This document shows positions 1 through 10,348 of a stretch of 64,000 nt of DNA, piece by piece. The notes beneath the pieces were generated by a model. It was not told where the DNA came from, ran no database searches, and worked only from the letters and a program-made list of their open reading frames with translations. Numbering within the stretch: the first letter of the stretch is position 1; each line of letters starts with the position of its first letter. Source of the stretch: an uncultured Gammaproteobacteria bacterium (GTDB taxonomy: Bacteria; Patescibacteriota; Microgenomatia; Levybacterales; UBA12049); the NCBI GenBank assembly GCA_964503265.1, contig CAZCYO010000002.1:258604-322603 (forward strand), written 5' to 3'. A program made the position numbers and the translations under genes.

Positions 1-355
1 CTCCCTTGTGAAATTTTTCAAGTTGTTGTTTCATTTTCTTAGAATCACCTGAATAATCTAGATATGTCTTATCATGAAAATATATTCGATAATATGGATT
101 AAGTGATGTAAGGGTTACATAATCGCTCAATTTTTTCCCAGCATTTGTAAATAATTCTTCGATAATTTCAGGTGCTGTAATAATTGATGGACCCATATCA
201 AATGTATATCCATTTTTTTTAAGTTGCGATGCATGCCCTCCAACCATGTTATTTTTCTCGTAGATTGTCACCTGATATCCTTTTAGCTGTAGCCGACAAG
301 CCAAAGTTAGCCCCCCAAATCCACTTCCGATAATCGTTATTGTTTTTTTATTCAT
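1..355 (-). CDS. FAD-dependent oxidoreductase (phytoene desaturase/amine oxidase family), N-terminal part; C-terminus beyond window edge
   Basis: Reverse-strand translation from ATG at 353-355 gives MNKKTITIIGSGFGGLTLACRLQLKGYQVTIYEKNNMVGGHASQL... with a classic GxGxxG dinucleotide-binding motif. The ORF runs off the window start. Confidence 0.6.
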   Translation of the reverse strand, partial: MNKKTITIIGSGFGGLTLACRLQLKGYQVTIYEKNNMVGGHASQLKKNGYTFDMGPSIITAPEIIEELFTNAGKKLSDYVTLTSLNPYYRIYFHDKTYLDYSGDSKKMKQQLEKFHKG

Positions 356-438
356 TTGCGTTCGCTCTTATATTAAGTAATCCAATCAAAAAAGGAAAGT
401 GCTTCCACTTTCCTTTTTTTGTTGAGAAAAAGTAATAA

Positions 439-945
439 TTACTCTGTAACAGTAATTTTCCCAACTTGTCCCTGCTTTCGATGTTGTCCGACTGAACAAT
501 AATATTCAAATGTTCCTACTTTACCAGCAGTAAATTCTATACTATTTGTTTCACCTGATTTGGTAATCGGTAATTTAACTCCTAGTTCATCGATATTTAA
601 ATCGTGCATCATGTCACGACTTGTCATGATGATTTTCACTTTCTCACCTTTCTTAACAGTAATTGTTTTGACAGAATAGTAAAAACTTCCTGCATCCATC
701 GTAATTACTTTTGCTGTTGAAGATTCAGCTGCCATAGCATTGCTTGGTGCAGCAGACGGAGCTACAGATGTCTCAGCTGTCATTTTTTGGTTTTCCATCG
801 CTTCGTCAGATGTAGGCTGAGTATTGTTATTAAGGAGTTTCATGCCAGCAAAACCGACGACCGCAAGTATAATAACCACACCAATAATCATCATCGACAT
901 CTTACTTCCTCCAGTTGACTGCACTTCTTGTTGTGTTTCTTCCAT
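439..945 (-). CDS. Cupredoxin-like (type-1 copper) protein with N-terminal TM anchor
   Basis: N-terminal hydrophobic helix and a C-terminal beta-rich domain with a Cys..His..Met pattern (EYYCSVGQHRKQGQVG) typical of plastocyanin/azurin-like copper sites. Good GAGGTGA RBS. Confidence 0.55.
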   Translation of the reverse strand: MEETQQEVQSTGGSKMSMMIIGVVIILAVVGFAGMKLLNNNTQPTSDEAMENQKMTAETSVAPSAAPSNAMAAESSTAKVITMDAGSFYYSVKTITVKKGEKVKIIMTSRDMMHDLNIDELGVKLPITKSGETNSIEFTAGKVGTFEYYCSVGQHRKQGQVGKITVTE

Positions 946-1019
946 ATATATTCACCTCTCATTCCTAGATTAATAATCTATAAATAGTATGTGATGCCGC
1001 ATTTCTAAAAGAAATGTGG

Positions 1020-1135
1020 CGCCTCACTTCCTTCGTATGCCCTGGAATCTTTATGATTCCAGGATCTTCGACTTATCTAAGTCTTGAGATCTCCGTTCGC
1101 CACCTGGCAAACTACGACCTCCCATTATGTTACGT
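1020..1135 (-). promoter_or_regulatory. Conserved 5' leader motif (copy A) upstream of cupredoxin gene
   Basis: Minus-strand sequence GGGAGGTCGTAGTTTGCCAGGTGGCGAACGGAGATC...CGAAGGAAGTGAGGC is about 85% identical to the element at 10955-11012 upstream of another exported-protein gene. It is followed by a hairpin (989-1018) and the RBS. Confidence 0.4.
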
Positions 1136-1365
1136 TTTTATCTACCAATTCTACTAGTAACGAATATGTATATATTGAATTATTTGTAGTATTTGATATT
1201 GGTAGTATTCGAACTTATCCTCATTCTATACTTCATAAAGTAAAGTATCAAGAGTCAACTAATGCTAAGGAACTTTCCTGAAATAATGCTGAAAGCGGAT
1301 TGAATAAAGCTCTCTCTTTACAGCATGTAAACAAACCCCACTTACTCTAAACCTCAACAATTATC

Positions 1366-2421
1366 TCAAGTTCGTGAAGAACTATTCTTTGAAAGAGGTA
1401 GATGGATGATGAATGTCGTACCTTCATCAGTCTTACTTTTTACAGAAATTGTTCCTTTATGCAAATCTACAACTTTTTTCGCAATAGATAATCCAAGCCC
1501 AAATCCTTCTGTTGTTTTCGAACGAGATTGATCTGCCCGATAAAATCTATCAAAAATATGCGGTAAGTCTTCTTTATCAATTCCTATCCCTTCATCTTTT
1601 ACTTCAATCACTGCCATATTCCCGGTAGTTTTCCCAGTCACGAGTACAGTACTTTTCTCAGGACTATATTTAATCGCATTATCAAGTAAAATGGTAAATA
1701 ATTCTCGTAAATGTGTTCTACTTCCAAATAGTGATAATGCAACTACCTCTGATGAGATAGTTATTTTCTTCTGTTTAGCAATCGGTTGAACCATTTTAAC
1801 TGTTTCTTCAAGCACCTCAGTTAAAGAAAATGTCGTAAATTTCGATCTATTTTGAGACTTTTCATATTGTGTTAATTCAAGTAAATTATCTGAAAGAGAC
1901 TGTAACTTCACTACCTCTTCTAAATTACTTTCTATTACTTTTTTGGCATCCGTTAACTGAAGATTTTTATTCGCGAGACTCACTTCTATTTCTGATCGAA
2001 GTGCAGTAAGTGGTGTCCGCAATTCATGAGATGCATCGGATACGAAACGACTTAATTCATCTACCATTTCACTAATCGGACGCAGCGTTCTCCCTGCTAA
2101 AAAATATCCAGCGCCACCTGAGATAACAAGAATCATCATATTAAGCACGCCAAGAGTAGTAATAACTCTTGTCCTTGCTTCTGTTATCATCTCTGGTTCG
2201 ACATGAGAATTAAATAGTGAACGAGGAATGGGAAGACCTTGATCCATGCGAGATTGAATGAAGTCATCAATTTGCTCAAGTCGTTGAAACTCACTATTCA
2301 CACTTGTATAAATAAACCCACTAAAAAGAAGTGAGATCGCCATAATGATGAGCAGATACCAAGTAGTTAACGTAATTCGAGCGGATTGAAACATAGTTTT
2401 AAGACAAAGAGCCAAGTACAA
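1366..2421 (-). CDS. Two-component sensor histidine kinase
   Basis: H-box ASHELRTPLTAL, HATPase_c G-boxes (DEGIGI, GLGLSIAKK), two N-terminal TM segments. Confidence 0.85.
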   Translation of the reverse strand: MYLALCLKTMFQSARITLTTWYLLIIMAISLLFSGFIYTSVNSEFQRLEQIDDFIQSRMDQGLPIPRSLFNSHVEPEMITEARTRVITTLGVLNMMILVISGGAGYFLAGRTLRPISEMVDELSRFVSDASHELRTPLTALRSEIEVSLANKNLQLTDAKKVIESNLEEVVKLQSLSDNLLELTQYEKSQNRSKFTTFSLTEVLEETVKMVQPIAKQKKITISSEVVALSLFGSRTHLRELFTILLDNAIKYSPEKSTVLVTGKTTGNMAVIEVKDEGIGIDKEDLPHIFDRFYRADQSRSKTTEGFGLGLSIAKKVVDLHKGTISVKSKTDEGTTFIIHLPLSKNSSSRT

Positions 2422-2473
2422 AGAACATAGAATAATATTATATTATTATCATAGTATAAATCATTTCTTTGCC

Positions 2474-3157
2474 CTAGGCTCTATGCCCTTCGCTGATTTT
2501 ATATCCGAACCCTCTGACTGTGTGGATAAGCGGATGTTTCTTATCAAGAGAATCCACTTTATCCCGCAAATGTTTTATGTATACTTCGACAGAATTAGGG
2601 AGTACATTCGCATCATAGTTCCAGACATTATTAATAATTTGTTCTTTGGTGACAACCTGGTTTGAGTGACGCATGAGATATTCAAGTAATGTATATTCTT
2701 TACTCGAAAGTGGAATAACTGTTTTTCCACGTTTTACTTCAAATGTTTTTGTATCGAGTGTAACATCACTAACAGTTAACAGCGTTTGAATCGTAACTTT
2801 TGGTCGTCGACTAATAGCTCGAATGCGTGCTATCAACTCTGAAAAAGCAAACGGTTTAACCATATAATCATCAGCTCCAGAATCCAGACCTTCTACCCTA
2901 TCTTCAATTTGCCCTTTTGCAGTAAGCATAAGAATAGGTGTATGAATTTGTTTCTTTCGAAGATTTTGAGCAACAGTTACCCCGTCCATTCCAGGAAGTA
3001 GTCTATCTAAAATAATCAAATCATACTCTTCACTTGAAGCCATGTCATACCCACTCGTCCCGTCATACATAACATCAACAGTGAAATTCTCCTGCTCAAG
3101 CCCCTGTTTGAGTGCATTGGCAATCTTATGCTCATCCTCCACCACTAATACTTTCAT
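2474..3157 (-). CDS. Response regulator, OmpR/PhoB family (receiver + winged helix)
   Basis: MKVLVVEDE... receiver domain with phospho-acceptor Asp region (LIILDRLLPGMDG), C-terminal winged-helix (VRGFGYKI). Directly downstream partner of the kinase. Confidence 0.9.
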   Translation of the reverse strand: MKVLVVEDEHKIANALKQGLEQENFTVDVMYDGTSGYDMASSEEYDLIILDRLLPGMDGVTVAQNLRKKQIHTPILMLTAKGQIEDRVEGLDSGADDYMVKPFAFSELIARIRAISRRPKVTIQTLLTVSDVTLDTKTFEVKRGKTVIPLSSKEYTLLEYLMRHSNQVVTKEQIINNVWNYDANVLPNSVEVYIKHLRDKVDSLDKKHPLIHTVRGFGYKISEGHRA

Positions 3158-3442
3158 AAGGATGATTATACTCCTAGACCTTAATTCCAGCTGAAAATAC
3201 TTATTAAGTAACTTTTATATTCAAAATACGTAGCTAAATCGTTCGTTTGAGCATTGTGTTAAGAAAATCTTGTGGAATGAGCGTTAAAAAACTGTAAGGC
3301 GAAGCGTAGCGTAGTCCGGAGTTTTAGCCCCGATTTAATCGGGGTTAGCGAATGAAAGTAACTTTTTAGCAAAGTGGAACCTAGAACGAGACCCGCCTGC
3401 ATCGCTATGCGAAGCATTGCGGGCAGGGTTTTGGTTCTTTGT

Positions 3443-3467
3443 CGGCACAAAGAACAGAGTAAGAAAT
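3443..3467 (-). terminator. Perfect 9-bp stem hairpin (GTTCTTTGTCGGCACAAAGAAC) downstream of MFS transporter stop
   Basis: Stem ttctttgtc/gacaaagaa seen directly, immediately 3' of the minus-strand stop at 3477. Confidence 0.4.
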
Positions 3468-3476
3468 AATTAATTC

Positions 3477-4700
3477 TTAAAACTCAGAAGCTTTGTGTGC
3501 TGGAGAGGCAGTAATCTTAAATGATAAGAAGTAACAGAGAAACGCGATAATTCCCCCTGCTAGAAAAGGAAATGGAACACCTGCCATCGCGATAGCTCCC
3601 CCAGCAATTGGTCCTGCGATTTGACCGATACTTTGATAGGACGAATTGATTCCCATAATAGATCCCTGTGATTTCGCATCTGTTTCTTGGGAAAGAATGG
3701 TCTGAATAACAGGCGGAACAAATGCATTTGCAAAACTAAGAAGTACTGATACTACGATAAAAAAGAATAAAGACGTCGATAAGAACATAAGTACAAATGC
3801 AACCGCTGTACCTAGAAGCGCATAGGACAGTAACTGTTTTACTCCTAACCATTTCACAACTCGCTCAATAAGAAATGTTTGTGCCAGAAGTCCAACTAAT
3901 CCAAATAACACGAAGGTGAGTGCAATCTCTGCTGGTGTTAAGTGAAGTACTTTTACACAAAACGGTGAATATGCATAAACGAATAAGAAAAATGCGAAGA
4001 AATAAATAAGTGAAATAAGAAGCGATATATTTACTGCTTTATCAAAAAGCACATGATACAGTTTTCCAAAGTCAAATATTTTACCAGTTTGCACTTCTCC
4101 CATATGTTTATTCGTTTCAGGAAGAAACATCGCGGTGATAATAACTGAAATAACGGTAATAACTCCTGCGATAATAAAGGGATATTCAGGTCTAAGTCCG
4201 ACTGTGAGCCCTGCAATAGCTGGCCCGAAAACAAATCCGAAATTAAATGATGCCATGATGATGCCAAATCCACGAGCTCTTTCAGCCCCAGTTGTGGAAT
4301 CAGAAATTACTGCTGATGCGACAGAAAAATTCCCCGCGGTAATTCCATCAAGCGCACGTGCTGCAAAAAGCCAGTATGCATTCTGCGCAAAAGCCATCAT
4401 GAAAAATGATATTGCTGTGCCGATTAAAGAAATAATGAGAAGTGGCCGTCTTCCATATTTATCAGACATGCGACCAATAAGAGGTGTTGAGAAAAACTGA
4501 CAGAGTGAAAACATCGCAAAGAGTAATCCATTTTGAAAATCAGATAATCCAAAACGTTGAGAATACGTATATAGAATCGGAAAAACAATTCCATACCCGA
4601 TCGCACCTACAATCGCGACCAGTGCAATAATAAGAATATTTTTATTTTTAAGCATCCCACCATTTTCCCACACTGTAGCCACGAAAAGCAAGTCATTCAA
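3477..4700 (-). CDS. MFS transporter (drug/H+ antiporter-like)
   Basis: 12-TM architecture, MFS signature around GRMSDKYGRRPLLI. True start may be the internal Met (MLKNKN...). Confidence 0.8.
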   Translation of the reverse strand: MNDLLFVATVWENGGMLKNKNILIIALVAIVGAIGYGIVFPILYTYSQRFGLSDFQNGLLFAMFSLCQFFSTPLIGRMSDKYGRRPLLIISLIGTAISFFMMAFAQNAYWLFAARALDGITAGNFSVASAVISDSTTGAERARGFGIIMASFNFGFVFGPAIAGLTVGLRPEYPFIIAGVITVISVIITAMFLPETNKHMGEVQTGKIFDFGKLYHVLFDKAVNISLLISLIYFFAFFLFVYAYSPFCVKVLHLTPAEIALTFVLFGLVGLLAQTFLIERVVKWLGVKQLLSYALLGTAVAFVLMFLSTSLFFFIVVSVLLSFANAFVPPVIQTILSQETDAKSQGSIMGINSSYQSIGQIAGPIAGGAIAMAGVPFPFLAGGIIAFLCYFLSFKITASPAHKASEF

Positions 4701-4783
4701 GAATCAAGAAATTATGTTTGAAGCTTGAAGATTACATTTATTCAAAAAATCTCCTGTTGTTTTTTTAAAAACTTTGCGCTAGT

Positions 4784-5596
4784 ATGATTACTATGGCAGA
4801 AGTAATCGATCAATCTCCGAAACATTCAGATAACTATATCCGTATTCCGCTCCCTAGTAAAAATACCACAACCCCGGTTCTTATTATCTTACTTGCAATT
4901 GCTGCATTTTATAGTGGCTATGCAACATCAGAAATTAAAAATTTACGTGCAGGAACGACGACTAAACCGACCACTGCTGCTGCAAATATAAGCGGAGCTC
5001 CTGCAGCTGCTCCAACAGAAGACACTAGTCCGAAGAAAGTTGCTCTTAGTGATGCACCAATACTTGGAGATAAAAACGCGCCAGTTACAATTATTGAATT
5101 CTCAGATTACGAGTGTCCATTCTGTAAACAATACTTTACTCAGACATATTCTCAAATTCTTAAAGACTATGTCGATACAGGAAAAGTCAAAATTGCTTTT
5201 AGAAATCTTCCTCTCTCATTCCATCAGAATGCTCACAAAGAAGCCGAAGCTGCTCTTTGTGCAAGAGATCAAGGTGGAGATGAAGCATACTGGAAATTTC
5301 ATGATGAGATGTTCACAAAAACTACTTCTAATGGCCTTGGGTTAGCACTTACTGAACTTCCAAATATCGCAAATAATCTTGGATATAACGGAGATACATT
5401 ACAGAAATGCTTAGATGATGGTAAATACACGAAAACAGTTGACGATGATTTAGCATATTCATCGACAGTCGGTGCAAGTGCAACTCCTACCTTCTTCATT
5501 GGTAAATCAGACAGTAGTGGAACGATCACAGGCACACCACTCATCGGAGCACAGCCTTATTCCACCTTCAAATCCACCATCGACTCCTTGCTATAA
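4784..5596 (+). CDS. DsbA-family thiol:disulfide oxidoreductase, membrane-anchored
   Basis: CPFC thioredoxin active site (EFSDYECPFCKQYF), N-terminal TM, Thr/Ala-rich linker. Confidence 0.8.
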   Translation: MITMAEVIDQSPKHSDNYIRIPLPSKNTTTPVLIILLAIAAFYSGYATSEIKNLRAGTTTKPTTAAANISGAPAAAPTEDTSPKKVALSDAPILGDKNAPVTIIEFSDYECPFCKQYFTQTYSQILKDYVDTGKVKIAFRNLPLSFHQNAHKEAEAALCARDQGGDEAYWKFHDEMFTKTTSNGLGLALTELPNIANNLGYNGDTLQKCLDDGKYTKTVDDDLAYSSTVGASATPTFFIGKSDSSGTITGTPLIGAQPYSTFKSTIDSLL

Positions 5597-5621
5597 TCTA
5601 GCGGTTAGAAACATAAAATTA

Positions 5622-5653
5622 ATGTCATTCTGGAGCGTAGCGATAGAATCTCA
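5622..5653. repeat. MITE-like repeat fragment, family A (TGTCATTCTGGAGC...GATAGAATC)
   Basis: atgtcattctggagcgtagcgatagaatctc matches (inverted) the copy at 33805-33884 and the internal unit at about 22788-22830. Confidence 0.5.
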
Positions 5654-5713
5654 CACAAATACCTTTTTTACAGTTATTTCTAAACGCTAAACGCTTATTT
5701 CTAAACGCTCTCC

Positions 5714-7111
5714 CTACTTTCCTTTCAAAAACAGTAAAAATCCTTCCTGCATATTTTTTCTCTTCTCCTCATCCATACTCTTCAACTTACTCGTAGCATC
5801 AAAAGACTGCTGAATAAATTCTGAATCCATCTCTGATACCTCAGGATTTACCTGAAGTGCTATCTGATTCATCCCCATAAGTTTAAGCCCCGCAAGGCTT
5901 CGAACTCGTGATAACGCCACATACCCCTGTCCTGGAACAAAAGAACGAGAGAGATCTATCTCTGCAGCATCAAGCGTCATTCCCTGACTTTTATGAACCG
6001 TGATCGCCCATGCGAGTCGAAGTGGCAACTGACTGATCGCTGCCTTCACTTGTCCTTCCGAAGATTCATGCGAAGGAGAATCTTCCTTCACTTCCCAACT
6101 TGCTTGTTTAACCGTTATCTCAGCCCCATCAAACGTCCGGACTATTGGAGAGTCTTCCCCGATATCATTTTTAAAAAATCCGATAACTTCACCCAGCGTC
6201 CCGTTTACATACCCTTCATCGTAATTATTTTTGACGAACATCACTTGTGCACCAATCTTGAGATATAATTTTTCAGGAGCGAGACAACTCTTCTTAAGCG
6301 TTTCTGTAAGTGCGAGACTTCCTCGCCAATTCATGAAATATTCTTTCTGTTCACCAAGAAGTGCGTCTAAATGTGCTTTATTTATCGCATCGACATCTGC
6401 GTTATGAGTAAAGAGTCTTGTGGCTCTGGCATATCCTTTTATCTCTTTATTTAATCGTTCAGATAAATATTCGACAGTCATTTCTGTTACCTCATTATTT
6501 CGAATATCGTTAAGAACACGAAGAAACGACCTATCATCTTGTCTGAACTGTTCATCCAAATAACAAATTTGAATATTCATCTGCTCCCACGCATCTGATT
6601 TAACGACAAAATCCGATGACTCATCTTTCTTAGCTACTGGAGGAAGTTGAAAAAAATCCCCACAAAGAATAACTTGTAGTCCCCCAAACGGGAGATCGTT
6701 TCCTTTAAATGTTTTAAGAATCTTATTAACGATATCCAGTTGATGTGCATGTAACATTGATATCTCGTCGATGATCAGTACTTTTGTATGAAGAAATCGA
6801 TTGCGAAGATACTGCCTTTTAAAAAGCTCTCCCATATCGCGAGGAGTCATCTCATCACGAATCCCCATCCCACTCCAACTATGAATCGTCGTTCCACCCA
6901 TATGTGTGGCAGCAATTCCAGTTGATGCCGTAATACCGACCGGAATGTTATGTGATTTAAGATACGCGATGTACTGATTAAGCAGATATGTCTTTCCACT
7001 CCCAGCAGGCCCAGTTAAAAAAACATTATGTCCAAGTTTGAGAATTTCAAGCGCTTCTTTTTGTGTCATGTCGAGGTGATTTATCTTATGTGTTATATAA
7101 CACAAATGCAA
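5714..7111 (-). CDS. PIF1/RecD-like ATP-dependent DNA helicase (AAA_30 family)
   Basis: Walker A GPAGSGKT, Walker B LIIDEISM, helicase motifs; C-terminal RecD-like SH3/2B region (VHKSQGMTLD). Confidence 0.8.
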   Translation of the reverse strand: MHLCYITHKINHLDMTQKEALEILKLGHNVFLTGPAGSGKTYLLNQYIAYLKSHNIPVGITASTGIAATHMGGTTIHSWSGMGIRDEMTPRDMGELFKRQYLRNRFLHTKVLIIDEISMLHAHQLDIVNKILKTFKGNDLPFGGLQVILCGDFFQLPPVAKKDESSDFVVKSDAWEQMNIQICYLDEQFRQDDRSFLRVLNDIRNNEVTEMTVEYLSERLNKEIKGYARATRLFTHNADVDAINKAHLDALLGEQKEYFMNWRGSLALTETLKKSCLAPEKLYLKIGAQVMFVKNNYDEGYVNGTLGEVIGFFKNDIGEDSPIVRTFDGAEITVKQASWEVKEDSPSHESSEGQVKAAISQLPLRLAWAITVHKSQGMTLDAAEIDLSRSFVPGQGYVALSRVRSLAGLKLMGMNQIALQVNPEVSEMDSEFIQQSFDATSKLKSMDEEKRKNMQEGFLLFLKGK

Positions 7112-7144
7112 GATGACGTAAGAAAAATTATGTCATTGCGAAGC

Positions 7145-7756
7145 TTAAATATCTCTAACATAATATCTAATCTCTTCGTTCTCTGGGTCAAGGAGCTGAA
7201 AAAGCATCGTAATATCTGCATCTGTATGCCGAATACAGCCAGAACTCCCTGCATTATCCGTTCCTAATCTCGCTAAGTCTCCATTCACCCCGTGTAACCC
7301 AAAGCTACCTGGCAGAACCCAATTACATTGTCCGTTACATTCAGTATATGGACTCGGGCCATATGGCTCTTGCTCAATGCCTGGCACGTTTAACTCGAGA
7401 AAGTATGGAGCTGTCTCAGGATTATCGCTACTATATTTTTTCGTTAGTAACCAGTACTCTCGATGGACAAACTGCGGCAGTGGTGTGGGTCTCTCTTTAG
7501 GAATTCCTGATTTAACCAAAAACGTTTTAATTAATTTACTCATAGTTTTATCCCCAGGATTCCCAATATATAAATATTCAATATTGCTCGAGCGCTGTAA
7601 TAAAAACCAATACAACTGTTTTTCAGAACGATATGATACATGTTCTTTCCCGTAAAGCATGGCGGACATAACACCCCCGCCAGTAATACTGCCAAGAAAA
7701 AAAATAAGTAACAGTATACTTTTCTCTTGCCAGCTCGTGGTAAAATAAGAACCCAT
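7145..7756 (-). CDS. L,D-transpeptidase (YkuD domain) with N-terminal TM
   Basis: Catalytic His...Cys signature (FGLHG...SSGCIRH). Start set at the internal Met (MGSYF) because the longer ORF overlaps the divergent neighbour. Confidence 0.7.
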   Translation of the reverse strand: MGSYFTTSWQEKSILLLIFFLGSITGGGVMSAMLYGKEHVSYRSEKQLYWFLLQRSSNIEYLYIGNPGDKTMSKLIKTFLVKSGIPKERPTPLPQFVHREYWLLTKKYSSDNPETAPYFLELNVPGIEQEPYGPSPYTECNGQCNWVLPGSFGLHGVNGDLARLGTDNAGSSGCIRHTDADITMLFQLLDPENEEIRYYVRDI

Positions 7757-8873
7757 GAAATCTAAGAAACTACGAAAACGATATGGTCTTATTCGCATTG
7801 GAGTAGTTATGGTTATTTTTTCTCTTCTTTTCTTTTTCATACTAGTTCTCCGCGATAGGAGTAAGCTTACCGATAATAACACATCAATTCTAACTCAACC
7901 AAAAACCATACCTACTCCTCAATCAATTCTTCCTTCACTACCTACGAGCAAAATACTTCAGACGTCGTATCACATTTTTCAAACATTTAACAATTGTGGT
8001 CCTGCATCACTTTCTATGACACTCGCATTTTACGGCATTTCTGTTTCACAAGAAGAATTAGGAAAAGCTATCAGACCATACCAAGTAGTAAATGGCGACA
8101 ACGACGATAAATCAGTAACACTTGATGAATTAGCTGATAAAGCAAAAGAATATGGATTTATCCCATATCACAGACCTAATGGATCGGTAACACTCATGAA
8201 ACAATTTATTGCAAACGATATTCCAGTTATTACGAGAACATGGCTCCATAAAGATGATGATATCGGACATTTCAGGGTAGTAAAAGGATATGATGAAAAT
8301 ACTAAGCAACTTATCCAAGATGACTCATTTCAAAATAAAAACCTCTGGTATTCATATGACGACTTTACTGATATTTGGAAGAAATTTAACAACGAGTATC
8401 TCGTACTTATTCCAAAAAACAAAGAAGAAGTTGCCAAACAAATTTTAGGAGATAATTTTGATGAAAAAAGTTCTTGGGATCATGCTGTCACAACAATTAC
8501 ATCTGAAATAGAAAAAGATCCAAATGATATCTATAATCATTTCAACCTTTCGGTAGCCTACTATCACACAGAGAATTTTAGAGAAGCAATCGTAGAGTAT
8601 GAAAAAGTGGCTGATAAACTTCCCTTTCGAACACTCTGGTATCAAATAGAACCTATCCAAGCATATTACGAAGTCGGGAATTATAAAAAAGTATTTGAGA
8701 TTACGGATACTATTCTAAATAATCAAAACCGAGCATTTTCTGAGCTCTATATAATTCGAGGAGATATTTATAAGAAACAAGGAAATATGACGGCCTCAAA
8801 AGCAGAGTATGAAAAAGCAGTCTATTATAATCAAAACCTCAAAGAAGCTAAGAATGCACTTAACTCACTGTAA
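7755..8873 (+). CDS. Membrane-anchored C39-like cysteine peptidase domain fused to TPR repeats
   Basis: N-terminal TM; NNCGPASLSMTL catalytic-Cys motif typical of Peptidase_C39_2; C-terminal TPR-like repeats (AYYHTENFREAIVEYEKV..., YIIRGDIYKKQGNMTASKAEYEKAVYYNQ). Confidence 0.6.
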   Translation: MKSKKLRKRYGLIRIGVVMVIFSLLFFFILVLRDRSKLTDNNTSILTQPKTIPTPQSILPSLPTSKILQTSYHIFQTFNNCGPASLSMTLAFYGISVSQEELGKAIRPYQVVNGDNDDKSVTLDELADKAKEYGFIPYHRPNGSVTLMKQFIANDIPVITRTWLHKDDDIGHFRVVKGYDENTKQLIQDDSFQNKNLWYSYDDFTDIWKKFNNEYLVLIPKNKEEVAKQILGDNFDEKSSWDHAVTTITSEIEKDPNDIYNHFNLSVAYYHTENFREAIVEYEKVADKLPFRTLWYQIEPIQAYYEVGNYKKVFEITDTILNNQNRAFSELYIIRGDIYKKQGNMTASKAEYEKAVYYNQNLKEAKNALNSL

Positions 8874-8975
8874 ATTCCATTAATTCTCCTTCCGACTGGT
8901 TGCACCAACAACCCCATTTGGCAACACCACAAGAAGGAAAATATAATTAACTGGATTATATGTGCACCGAGTTAG

Positions 8976-10304
8976 TTAGTGCAAGGAGAATTTTTCGTAG
9001 TGAATGCTGGTTTGGTCGACTCCCACAGATAATAATACTTGTTTCAACCCTTCCATCATAGGAACCGGTCCACAAATATAGATTTCTCTTTTTTTAACAT
9101 CTGGAACCAACCGTTTGATTTTTGCTTCATCGATTCGTCCAATTTCACCTTTATATGTAGGTTCTTGTGTCACGATATAGGTCACAGGAAAAGCGAATTG
9201 TTTAGATAGCAGGTCAATTTCTTTTTGTAACGTAAACTCATTTGATAATTTACTACTATAAAGGAGTACGACGTTATTATGTGGTGCGAGTTGTTCGATC
9301 AGAGATCTGATGGGAGTAATCCCTATTCCTCCTGCGATAAAAAGATACATCTTTTTCTCTGTAGGTAAAACAGTAAATGTCCCATACGGTCCATCTATCA
9401 AAACTGGCGTTCCCTTTTTAATACTGCTAATATCACCGGTAAAATCTCCTGAGTTTTTAACAGTAATTCTGAGCATGTTATTTTTCGGAATATATGAAGC
9501 AGAAAATGGATGATGCTGCCACCAGTATGTTTTATTTAAAAATCTAAAGATAAGAAATTGTCCGGGCTTTACCTGAAAGTTCATGAGATTGCGTCCAGTA
9601 ATATATACAGAAATTGCATCGCCTGATTCCTTCTCCATGTGATCGATTCGAAATTGAAAACGCACAAAGTTGAATACAATTCTCCCAAATCGAAATATCA
9701 ATGTATGACCAAAAACAAATGTATAGATAAAGTACCAGTAATAGACAAAGAGTGTATTAACTGCGAAATCGCCGCCATACGTTAGTTGGTGCCCAAAAGC
9801 AAACAGTACAGCGATATATGTGAGCAGGTGAATCCCATACCACCATTCATATTTCAAATGTTTCCGCGCAACGTAAATAGATGAAAAAACGACAAACACA
9901 AAAAGCCCAACAGCAATTTGAGCTTTTAACATATCATCATAGGTAAATGCGAAATCTAGTTCTTGTTTAAGAAGTGAAACCTGAGCTGTCATCGCATATG
10001 AGATCAAAACAAGTGTCGGATGAATGAGAATACATGTTAAGACTGCATAGCCATTCCAATGATGAAATTGTGATAATTTATCGAGTCCAAATACTTTCTC
10101 AATCCATGGAGCTCTTCCCATGAGCATAAACTGTAACAGGACAAATACAACCGCTAAGATACCAAAAAGTCTTCCAAATGCAAGTAATGTTCCATCTACA
10201 CCGTTTCCAATTAATGCATGTGAGCCACTCCACCAAAAAAAGAGAACGACGCAAACATGTACACCAAAAAATCCATAGATTGTAGCCTTTTGCGTAGTCA
10301 TCAT
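8976..10304 (-). CDS. Ferric-reductase-like transmembrane flavocytochrome (FRE/NOX-type: heme TM domain + FAD + NAD(P)H domains)
   Basis: His-rich TM helices, HPFS FAD-binding motif (HPFSASYIP), NAD-binding GGIGITP motif, C-terminal CGP motif. Confidence 0.75.
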   Translation of the reverse strand: MMTTQKATIYGFFGVHVCVVLFFWWSGSHALIGNGVDGTLLAFGRLFGILAVVFVLLQFMLMGRAPWIEKVFGLDKLSQFHHWNGYAVLTCILIHPTLVLISYAMTAQVSLLKQELDFAFTYDDMLKAQIAVGLFVFVVFSSIYVARKHLKYEWWYGIHLLTYIAVLFAFGHQLTYGGDFAVNTLFVYYWYFIYTFVFGHTLIFRFGRIVFNFVRFQFRIDHMEKESGDAISVYITGRNLMNFQVKPGQFLIFRFLNKTYWWQHHPFSASYIPKNNMLRITVKNSGDFTGDISSIKKGTPVLIDGPYGTFTVLPTEKKMYLFIAGGIGITPIRSLIEQLAPHNNVVLLYSSKLSNEFTLQKEIDLLSKQFAFPVTYIVTQEPTYKGEIGRIDEAKIKRLVPDVKKREIYICGPVPMMEGLKQVLLSVGVDQTSIHYEKFSLH

Positions 10305-10348
10305 GATGTAGTTAGTATACCACTGTAGCAGTACAAAAAAGAGAAGAC

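Noticed and set aside
1084-1281. 65-aa ORF between the cupredoxin and histidine-kinase genes
   Set aside because: Overlaps the conserved leader element and iteron-like motif. No RBS, low-complexity translation.
3259-3450. 63-aa ORF in the response-regulator/MFS spacer
   Set aside because: Lies entirely within a structured repeat block (hairpins, REP-like motifs) with no RBS. Treated as non-coding repeat DNA.
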